Source: Dehalococcoidia bacterium (GTDB lineage: Bacteria > Chloroflexota > Dehalococcoidia > Lucifugimonadales > Lucifugimonadaceae). From it: a stretch of 44,197 nt of DNA. A program made the position numbers and the translations under genes. Positions within the stretch are counted from its first letter, which is position 1, and each line of letters starts with the position of its first letter. Positions 8,712-15,861 of this stretch are shown piece after piece. The notes beneath the pieces are model-generated. The model saw only the letters and a program-made list of their open reading frames with translations, made no database searches and was not told the origin of the DNA. The stretch spans positions 1 through 44,197 of the forward strand of contig JAAZYK010000001.1 of the NCBI GenBank assembly GCA_014239685.1. Reading direction: 5' to 3'.

Positions 8712-9847
8712 GGCTCTAACTCCCTTACCTGATAGACCGGCGGTGTTGTGTCCAGCCGTGCCTCTAGTTGATTCACCACTTCCTGCAACTTCTGATCTCG
8801 CCGGACCTCCGCCCACAGGGACTCCTGCCGACCGGCCTCGCCGGTCAGCCCGGAAAGCGTCAGGCGTATGTCCTCTATTGGCCCTGGAAGCGCCGGATCA
8901 TGCAGTTTTGATTTAATAGAAAACAGGGCCTTTGTCGGTGACCCTGCAGGCTCCTTGAACGCCACACGCATCGTCCACGGCGGTCGACGCAGGACACTCG
9001 CCTCCAACTTTGCTTCCCGTGCATACCGGCGTGTGAGTTGTGGGTGGGTGTACGCACGTGACAGGAGGATTTCGATCGCTGGGAGGATCGCCGACATGCT
9101 TACCGTGGCGTCGGGGAATTCCAAGTATTCCGAAACTGCTTCTTCCGTCTGATGTGCCACGAGAGGCCGCTGGTCGATGCCGTTCGAGAGGTCTGACATC
9201 AGCGCCCCGTCCTTGCCGAATTGCGCTTGCATTGCGCCCGGCGGCAGCGCTGCGATGTCTCCCATTGTGTGCAAGCCGAATCCATGTAGTTGTGTGGTCA
9301 GCTTGAAATCCACAGGCAACAGCTCAACCGGAAGCTTCGTGAGGAACCGGCCCGGTTCACCCGTTATCTTGAGTCCGCGCCCCGATGAACTGGCTGATGC
9401 TGCAACGTACGCCAGCCACTTGTTTTCGCCAACACCGATGCGGGCGTCGAACTGGCTCACGGCGTTGGAGAGCGCCCGGACTACATGTGCGTCGTCGCCG
9501 TATAGCCGGTCGAGACCCCAGATGCCGATGTATGCACGGCCGAGCCCGTAACTATCGGCTCTTTCCGTGTCTGGCTCCACGTCGGGACAGCGCGCCTCAA
9601 GCCCGATCAGGACTTCGCCGAATGTGTGCCTATACAGAGGCATATCCGGTTCTAGTAGAAGGACATCCTTACGGACGATAGCCAGCGCCTCGCTGAGCGG
9701 CATACCCCTGCTCATCTTTGGGCCAAGCTCGGGCGACCAGTCGAGTACCGACTGCGCACCTTTGCTGGCGATCGAACCGTTTTCGCCAACGATGATCGCT
9801 GGACGATTGACCAGTTCTGGCCGCCTGATAAACTCCACCTGCCACAT
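8660..9847 (-). CDS. imuB: ImuB-type Y-family polymerase-like protein (N-terminal and central part)
   Basis: 395 aa. RRPELVNRPAIIV start typical of Y-family/ImuB, later LHGFGLHTMGDIAALP (HhH-like) and EPWSRIPERRHAL. Position directly upstream of dnaE2. Only canonical start is the ATG at 9847, but the frame is open 39 codons further upstream (see findings). Confidence 0.85.
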   Translation of the reverse strand: MWQVEFIRRPELVNRPAIIVGENGSIASKGAQSVLDWSPELGPKMSRGMPLSEALAIVRKDVLLLEPDMPLYRHTFGEVLIGLEARCPDVEPDTERADSYGLGRAYIGIWGLDRLYGDDAHVVRALSNAVSQFDARIGVGENKWLAYVAASASSSGRGLKITGEPGRFLTKLPVELLPVDFKLTTQLHGFGLHTMGDIAALPPGAMQAQFGKDGALMSDLSNGIDQRPLVAHQTEEAVSEYLEFPDATVSMSAILPAIEILLSRAYTHPQLTRRYAREAKLEASVLRRPPWTMRVAFKEPAGSPTKALFSIKSKLHDPALPGPIEDIRLTLSGLTGEAGRQESLWAEVRRDQKLQEVVNQLEARLDTTPPVYQVRELEPWSRIPERRHALVRLSP

Positions 9848-10001
9848 GAAGTTGGGGATGTGGACGCAAGCTATGGCTGCGCGGTTTCTATCAGGGGTTG
9901 GTATTAGATCAACCCACCCTGTGCTGTATTCTCCTGCTGTTGTGCTTTCACTCCGCCCCCAGAGTTACTCAGAGCGGGGCACTGATACCGCCGCTAGAGA
10001 T

Positions 10002-10029
10002 ATATTAGAACGTTTGTTCTAATAATCAA
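10002..10029 (-). promoter_or_regulatory. Sigma70-like promoter for the imuB-dnaE2 operon, with the LexA box in its spacer
   Basis: Minus strand reads TTGATT (10029-10024), 16-nt spacer, TAATAT (10007-10002). The palindrome fills the spacer and overlaps the -10 element. Confidence 0.6.
10005..10022. promoter_or_regulatory. LexA (SOS) box, Gram-positive/Chloroflexi type GAAC-N4-GTTC
   Basis: Perfect inverted repeat TTAGAAC-GTTT-GTTCTAA at 10005-10022 (core AGAACGTTTGTTCT at 10007-10020), 160 nt upstream of the imuB ATG. Confidence 0.75.
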
Positions 10030-10139
10030 TCAGTGTTTGGCAGAGTTTGGCAGAAGAAGGGATTGGTTAGAGGGTCCCGATCGTCCACACCTCTTAGGTG
10101 CAAGAATTACTGTTCGCCCTCTGGTGCGATTGGAAAGCC

Positions 10140-10829
10140 CTAAAAATCCAATCCTATTGTTCTGGTCAGGTATTCCACCATCGGGGATACGCTGTAGCAG
10201 GCATCTGTGTAATCGTCTAGGAAATCAGGTGAACATATCTCATCATCTGTAAATGACGCCCAGGCGATAAAATCTTTGCGTTTTATCTCGTCGATTGCCG
10301 GGTGCTCAGGGTCGAATCCACGAGGTGCGCGAACCAACGATTCACCGGAAACATCCCATCGGTGTTTAAACTCATCGCGAGAGGTGGCATCACGCCATCC
10401 GGATGGGCTTATTGCTATCGCTCCACGCACTTTTGCCAGTTCGTCACGTCCCGGCTTCCAGATTCCCGCCGCCGCTCCAGAACCACCTGGCTTCAGGTGT
10501 AAATAGAAACTCGGTGCGTGAGCGTCGCCAGCACGTTCATGCCGAAACTGGATACCGGCGTTAGTTTTGTATGGACTCTTATCCTTCGAAAACCGTACAT
10601 CACGATGGATGCGGAACATCGATCCTCCAACGAGTCTCGGATCGGCCGTGAATGAAAAACTGATTCCGGATAGGCGCGGCGCAAAGTCTGTGATGAACTT
10701 TACGATAGGATCACGCACATCGCGAAGGTATCGCTCGCGTTGGTCCTTGAACCATTCGCGATCATTATTTAGATCTAGCTCACCAAAGAAGTCGAAAAGG
10801 CCATGGGTGAAGTGTGGCTCGCCTGACAT
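10140..10829 (-). CDS. DUF2461 (TIGR02453) family protein
   Basis: 229 aa. FDFFGELDLNNDREWFKDQRERY, FRIHRDVRFSKDKSPYKT and GFYLH-like SFYLHLKPG motifs typical of DUF2461. Confidence 0.8.
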   Translation of the reverse strand: MSGEPHFTHGLFDFFGELDLNNDREWFKDQRERYLRDVRDPIVKFITDFAPRLSGISFSFTADPRLVGGSMFRIHRDVRFSKDKSPYKTNAGIQFRHERAGDAHAPSFYLHLKPGGSGAAAGIWKPGRDELAKVRGAIAISPSGWRDATSRDEFKHRWDVSGESLVRAPRGFDPEHPAIDEIKRKDFIAWASFTDDEICSPDFLDDYTDACYSVSPMVEYLTRTIGLDF

Positions 10830-10916
10830 AAACGCAGTTTAATACGACAGGCGAAAATCCTTTGACAGATGTGAACCGAAGAAACAGTGTTTCGGTCATA
10901 AGTTGCAACAACCTCG

Positions 10917-10944
10917 CCAGTAGATTCAAACCAGTAGATTCAAA
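10917..10944. repeat. Perfect 14-bp tandem direct repeat (CCAGTAGATTCAAA x2) in a divergent promoter region
   Basis: Read directly. Lies between the DUF2461 start (10829) and the SelA-like start (11046). Confidence 0.9.
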
Positions 10945-11045
10945 ACGGTTCAAGCGCGAGACTGCGCCGCGTGTGCCGCAACAGCCGATGGTTGAAACAA
11001 CGGCTTCTAACAATCGTGCCCAATAAAATTCCAAGGAGCGCCACA

Positions 11046-12194
11046 ATGGCAGTGCCCGGCTGGGGAGACATTTATGACGAACTCGGTGTCACGCCTGTAA
11101 TTAACGCCATAGGTTCGGTGACGCTACTGGGTGGATCGCAGACATCCCCAACTGTCAGGGACGCAATGGAGCGTGCCAACTCAGCATACGTACCGCTGGC
11201 AGAGTTGGAGAACAAGGCCGGAGGTTTGATCGCTGACATGTTAGGCGTCGAGTCCGCCTATATAACCTCGGGCGCAGCATCCGCGCTTGTGCTTTCAACC
11301 GCCGCCGCTATGGCGCGAGACAATGATGATTTCGTTGCGCAGCTTCCGGACACGACTGGAATGGCGGACGAAATCCTTATCCAAAAAAAGCAGCGCTATC
11401 ACTACGATCGCACACTGAACTTCGCCGGTGCGCAGCTGATCGAATACGGCACCGATGAAGGCACGTCTGAGGAAGATCTTGAAGCGTCTATCAACGATAA
11501 GACTGCGGCGCTTCACTACGTCGCAAACGAGAAGATAAAAGACCCGTCAGTCCTCACAATCGAACAAGTCATTGCGATCGCTAAAAAACACGACCTCCCC
11601 GTGATCGTGGATGCCGCCGGCCAGGTGTACCCGACGGAGAACATGGGTAAGTACGCCAAACTAGGCGCTGATATGGTGGCCTACGGGACCAAGTACATAG
11701 GTACACCGCACTCGGCGGGCATGGTCGTCGGCTCAAAGACTTGGATCGACCGTGTCCGTTTGAACAGCTTTATCTCATTTGAAGAGCGGAGGGTCCGCGG
11801 AATCGGCCGACCCCAGAAGATCGACCGACAGGAGATTGTCGGCGTGGCCGCAGCTGTGCGTGAGTGGCTGACGATGAACCACGAAGAGCGCATCGCCAAA
11901 CTGGACGTCAAACTGACACATATCGAGCGCGCCATTACCGGAATTCCCGGAGTAAAGGTAGAGGCGGACCGCGACCCGACCGGCGCATCGGTATTCAACC
12001 TTTTCCTGACCATTGACGAGAAGGTTTGTGGCATTTCGGAGGACGAAGTCGTCGCTCGGTTAAAGGACGGAGATCCGCCGATCTGGACCCGCGTGAACCC
12101 CTACTTCGGCGGTATGCAGGTGGGCATGGTCGGACTGAACGATGGCGAGGAACAGATCGTGGCGGAACGGCTAGTGGCGGCGTTGAAGGGATAA
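11046..12194 (+). CDS. SelA/DgaE-like fold-type I PLP-dependent enzyme
   Basis: ORF 10971..12194 trimmed to the ATG at 11046 (AAGGAG 7 nt upstream). VINAIGSVTLLGGS, ITSGAASAL, and PLP-lysine context AYGTKYIGTPHSAGMVVG (compare SelA SGDKLLGGPQAG). Confidence 0.7.
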   Translation: MAVPGWGDIYDELGVTPVINAIGSVTLLGGSQTSPTVRDAMERANSAYVPLAELENKAGGLIADMLGVESAYITSGAASALVLSTAAAMARDNDDFVAQLPDTTGMADEILIQKKQRYHYDRTLNFAGAQLIEYGTDEGTSEEDLEASINDKTAALHYVANEKIKDPSVLTIEQVIAIAKKHDLPVIVDAAGQVYPTENMGKYAKLGADMVAYGTKYIGTPHSAGMVVGSKTWIDRVRLNSFISFEERRVRGIGRPQKIDRQEIVGVAAAVREWLTMNHEERIAKLDVKLTHIERAITGIPGVKVEADRDPTGASVFNLFLTIDEKVCGISEDEVVARLKDGDPPIWTRVNPYFGGMQVGMVGLNDGEEQIVAERLVAALKG

Positions 12195-12202
12195 GGCCAA
12201 TC

Positions 12203-12223
12203 CCTTCTCCCATCGGGAGAAGG
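12203..12223 (+). terminator. 9-bp GC-rich hairpin (CCTTCTCCC-ATC-GGGAGAAGG) just after the stop; terminator-like or REP-like
   Basis: Perfect stem starting 9 nt after the 12194 stop. No U-tract. A related copy lies at 15789-15809. Confidence 0.4.
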
Positions 12224-12334
12224 CGAGAATGAGGGAGAAGTCTCTAACGCGTCGGCAATCTACGTGACCTCTAGAGGCTCTTGCCAGTGTCGAAGCACGG
12301 GCGGAGCGAGCGGTGGCGCCCACACGGACTTAAT

Positions 12335-12751
12335 CTAGGTAACTGGGCGCTGCCAGCCACCCAGCAGATCGCGTGTTAGTTGCTCCATGACCCGCGACAG
12401 GTTGGCGTAGGTCACTATCCCGACCAGCACGCCTGAATCGTCGACCACAGGTAGTCGGCTGACTCCGCGCTCCGCCATGACGCGCGCTGCGTCCACGGCC
12501 TCCATATCAACGCGCCCCGTGTGCACCGGGCTGCTCATGTGTCTGAACACCGGGCAGTCGTGCGGATCGTGGCCTGCCCCAAGACAGCCTGCGATCATGT
12601 CCCAGGTCGTTAGGATGCCTTCAACAGCGTCGTCTCGCATCACGACAAGCGACCCGACCGAAAGCTCTCGCATCTGGGCAGCAGCGTTCACAATCGACTG
12701 TTCGGAGCCGATCGTATATACCGTGCTGGTCATCAGATCCCTGAGCTTCAT
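12335..12751 (-). CDS. CBS-domain pair protein
   Basis: 138 aa. MKLRDLMTSTVYTIGSEQSI...LSVGSLVVM and VSRLPVVDDSGVLVGIVTYANL are typical tandem CBS motifs. GGAGG SD. Confidence 0.85.
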   Translation of the reverse strand: MKLRDLMTSTVYTIGSEQSIVNAAAQMRELSVGSLVVMRDDAVEGILTTWDMIAGCLGAGHDPHDCPVFRHMSSPVHTGRVDMEAVDAARVMAERGVSRLPVVDDSGVLVGIVTYANLSRVMEQLTRDLLGGWQRPVT

Positions 12752-13096
12752 CGGCCTTACCTCCTCGTCTATGGCGCCTTCGCACCTGGTGGCCCTACAC
12801 CCCTATTCTAGTGATTATCAGCGAACGACTTCTTGGCTGGCCTGTTTTGAGGGTCTGATTTCCGCGACAACAAATCCCCTGAAGATCGAAGGGCACCGTT
12901 CCTGTAAACCCCGAATACTTGGAATACGTGATGGAGATGCTTCATCCGCTCGTCAATGTAGCTGCATCGTATTAAGGGATACATGGACAATCTCAGGTCG
13001 ATTTGGTACTTACTAAGGACAACGCGGTATACAGTTACGCCCGCACAATTGAATCAATGAAGCATCGGAATGCCTGGCTGATCGGGGAGATGTACT

Positions 13097-13894
13097 TTGG
13101 ATCTCGAACTCAACGGAAAAACTGCGATCGTCACCGGCGGCAGCCGTGGTATTGGTAAGGCCATCGCACGGGAACTGGCGATTGAAGGCGTAGACGTGGT
13201 CATCGCTTCACGAGGTAAGGAGGCGCTTGAAGCGACCGCTACCGAACTGGCTGCGGAGACAGGACGGCGCATCATACCGATCACCGTGGATACCGGCGAA
13301 GACGATTCAGTGAAGTCGATGGTCGCGCAGGCAAACGAGGCGCTCGGACACATTGACATCCTAGTCAACAACGCGGCCGTCGTCGCAGGTGGTGCGGTTC
13401 CTACTCTGGCGGAGACTACGAAGGATCACCTGTGGGCTGACATGAACGTCAAGGTCATGGGCTACCTTCGAGGAGCACAAGCCGTCGCTCCCCTCATGCA
13501 GGCGCAGGGCTGGGGCCGCATTATCAACATCTCGGGCATGGCCGCCCGAAACTCGGGCTCGACTATCGGTAGCATGCGCAATGTATCGGTCGTGGCGATG
13601 ACGAAGAACCTCGCGGATCTACTCGGCCCGGACGGCATCAACGTGACCGTTGTTCACCCCGGCGCCACGAAAACAGAGCGGACCGTTAGCATCGTCGCCG
13701 ACCGTGCTGCTGTGGAGGGCGTATCGGAGGCGGAGATAGAGGCACAGATGGACAGCATGAATTCGATCAAACACCTGGTCGATGCACGCGAGATCGCATA
13801 TGTGGTTACGTTCCTGGCTTCGCCGCGATCGATCTCAATAAACGGCGATGTCATCTCAGCGGCTGGCGGCTTGGGCACAGCGATCCATTATTGA
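13097..13894 (+). CDS. Short-chain dehydrogenase/reductase (SDR)
   Basis: TTG start. TGGSRGIGKAIA cofactor motif, NNAA. An active-site Y/K was not confidently located. Confidence 0.85.
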   Translation: MDLELNGKTAIVTGGSRGIGKAIARELAIEGVDVVIASRGKEALEATATELAAETGRRIIPITVDTGEDDSVKSMVAQANEALGHIDILVNNAAVVAGGAVPTLAETTKDHLWADMNVKVMGYLRGAQAVAPLMQAQGWGRIINISGMAARNSGSTIGSMRNVSVVAMTKNLADLLGPDGINVTVVHPGATKTERTVSIVADRAAVEGVSEAEIEAQMDSMNSIKHLVDAREIAYVVTFLASPRSISINGDVISAAGGLGTAIHY

Positions 13895-13915
13895 TCTGAA
13901 AGTGAGACCCCACAA

Positions 13916-14377
13916 ATGCGGATCGCTATAGGAGGGGATCACGCCGGATTCCCGATGAAACCTCCGGTGGTGGACCTGCTTCAATCATGGGGCCACGAGG
14001 TCGTCGACCACGGAACGAACAGCACAGAGCCGGTCGATTTCCCGGACATAGCGCGGCTCGTCTGCGGCGACGTCAAGTCAGGTAGGGCAGATCGCGGGAT
14101 CATGGTGTGTGGCACCGGCGTCGGCGCCGCCATCGCAGCCAACAAAATCCCAGGGATACGCGCCTCTCTGAGCCACGATACGTACTCAGCCCACCAGGGC
14201 GTCGAACATGACGATGTGAACGTGATCTGCCTCGGGGCTCAGATAATTGGACTGAACCTTGCCGAGGAGATACTCAAAGTGTTCTTGGACGCGAAGTTCA
14301 GCACCGATGATCACTTTCGCAGGCGCGTGGAAAAGCTGGGCGAATTAGAACGAGACGCTGCCCGAGAATTGGGTTGA
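13916..14377 (+). CDS. rpiB: Ribose-5-phosphate isomerase B (RpiB/LacAB family)
   Basis: 153 aa. MRIAIGGDHAGF, GIMVCGTGVGAAIAANK, RASLSHDTYSA and NVICLGAQIIG motifs. Confidence 0.88.
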   Translation: MRIAIGGDHAGFPMKPPVVDLLQSWGHEVVDHGTNSTEPVDFPDIARLVCGDVKSGRADRGIMVCGTGVGAAIAANKIPGIRASLSHDTYSAHQGVEHDDVNVICLGAQIIGLNLAEEILKVFLDAKFSTDDHFRRRVEKLGELERDAARELG

Positions 14378-14419
14378 TGGGGCTTTAATTCCCAACAGGT
14401 AACGTGAGTGAGTAGGCGT

Positions 14420-14668
14420 TTAGATCGTCAATCTCGTCATTCCCCCCCCGTTGTCCGTCACGTTGTGCGTTATCCCGGATTGCAACACCTCGTCGAGTGT
14501 GTTCACACCGCCTTTGTGGGGGCATGGCCTAGTGATCCAGACTCGGCGCGGGATCCAAGGGTCTGAAACGACTGCTCTCCGGCCGCAAACGCACTCGGTT
14601 TCGTCTCGTACTAGTAAAACCTCGCCATATGCCAGATTGATCACCCTCAGCGGGCCGCTCATGAACAC
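14420..14668 (-). CDS. Hypothetical 82-aa ORF (doubtful)
   Basis: Only ORF of note in the 500-bp gap 14378-14878. No recognisable motif. Has a G8 homopolymer near its 3' end. Confidence 0.2.
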   Translation of the reverse strand: MFMSGPLRVINLAYGEVLLVRDETECVCGRRAVVSDPWIPRRVWITRPCPHKGGVNTLDEVLQSGITHNVTDNGGGMTRLTI

Positions 14669-14878
14669 CGCGACAAATGCCGTTATCCCGTCAGTTACAA
14701 CGCTATGTCAATACAAATCGGCTCATGACGTTTCTCGTGCAACACGACTGGAAGTTATAGAACGCACCGGAGCTAATTAGTCGTCCTCCAATATTCCCCG
14801 CGATATCCATGCCTGCGTTATCCTCCCCGCAGTTTTCCATTCAAACCTCAATCGCCCGTAACCTCAGGAGCTGCCCAG

Positions 14879-15736
14879 ATGCCGTTCGCGAAGATCATCT
14901 CCGAGACGACGCCCGAAGGGGTGCTCATCCTCACGATGAACGACCCGGACACCCTCAACGCGCTTGGTGAACCGCTTCAGCCGGAGCTTGAGTCGGAAGT
15001 CGATCGGTTCGCCGCAGATGACGATCTTCGAGTTCTGGTCATAACAGGGTCGGGGAGGGCGTTTTCTTCCGGAGCGAATGTCCGTGGTTTCCAACGTCGC
15101 ATCAACGACGCCGAACTCGCATCCGAAGCAGTTCCGGAATCAAGGGCTACATCCTGGGAAGAATTGGACCCGGATTACACTGCGCGTGAGGCGTTAGGTC
15201 AAAAGTCTGGGCCCGCGATCGTGCCAAAGCTTCACAACCTCCACAAGCCATCGTTCGCTGCCGTTAACGGCCACGCATACGGCCTTGGTTGTGGCATAGC
15301 GCTTTCTTGCGATATCAGAATCGCCGGCGAGAGCGCGCGATTTAACGAGGCATTTATCCGTAACGGCCTCGTCCCGGCGGATGGCTCGGCATGGCAACTG
15401 CCAAAACTAGTCGGCATGGCGAACGCCCTCTGGATGCAGTACTCGGGAGATCCGATCGACGGACAGGAAGCGTATCGAATAGGTCTCGCCAACAAGGTCG
15501 TGCCGGACGACAAACTGATGGAGACAACGCTCGAGATGGCCACCAAACTGGCCCGTGGGCCTGTCTACGCAATGGGAATCGTGAAGCAGTTGATCCACCA
15601 AGCCTACCAACAGGACCTTGCCGAGCACCTTCCCTTGGCGTCACGTGGACAGGACTTGACCCGCACTACCTTCGACCACAAAGAAGGAGTCGCCGCCTTT
15701 TTGGAGAAGCGAAAGCCCGAATTCCGGGGCTACTAA
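14879..15736 (+). CDS. Crotonase-fold (enoyl-CoA hydratase/isomerase family) protein
   Basis: VLVITGSGRAFSSGANV oxyanion-hole motif, AAVNGHAYGLGCGIALSCDIRIA. AGGAG SD 8 nt upstream. Confidence 0.88.
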   Translation: MPFAKIISETTPEGVLILTMNDPDTLNALGEPLQPELESEVDRFAADDDLRVLVITGSGRAFSSGANVRGFQRRINDAELASEAVPESRATSWEELDPDYTAREALGQKSGPAIVPKLHNLHKPSFAAVNGHAYGLGCGIALSCDIRIAGESARFNEAFIRNGLVPADGSAWQLPKLVGMANALWMQYSGDPIDGQEAYRIGLANKVVPDDKLMETTLEMATKLARGPVYAMGIVKQLIHQAYQQDLAEHLPLASRGQDLTRTTFDHKEGVAAFLEKRKPEFRGY

Positions 15737-15788
15737 GTAGAGCCATAAAAGGAGGGGTTCGACTTACGGAACGTCTTCCTAGGCCTAA

Positions 15789-15809
15789 CCCTTTCCCGCT
15801 GGGAGAGGG
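15789..15809 (+). terminator. Hairpin CCCTTTCCC-GCT-GGGAGAGGG, related to the 12203-12223 element
   Basis: 9-bp stem with one G-U pair, 53 nt after the 15736 stop. Shares the GGCC(A/T)A...CCCTTYTCCC-NNN-GGGAGARGG pattern. Confidence 0.35.
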
Positions 15810-15861
15810 AGCTTTCGAGATCGTTACAAGCGCAGGGTGACCCGAGGGAGGATTGAGCAGC

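Noticed and set aside
10971-11045. N-terminal extensions suggested by longest-ORF calls. These are 10971 for the SelA-like gene, 1676 for the kinase, 19712 and 21230 for NHL-A and DUF1800-A, 32629 for DUF917, 40306 for the CoA-transferase, 41859 for cofC, 36680 for the SDR and 15853 for the CoA-transferase.
   Set aside because: In each case an internal ATG has a clear GGAG-type SD, restores the family-typical N-terminus, and often creates a start/stop overlap with the upstream gene. The extensions are basic and low-complexity, or overlap the neighbouring gene.
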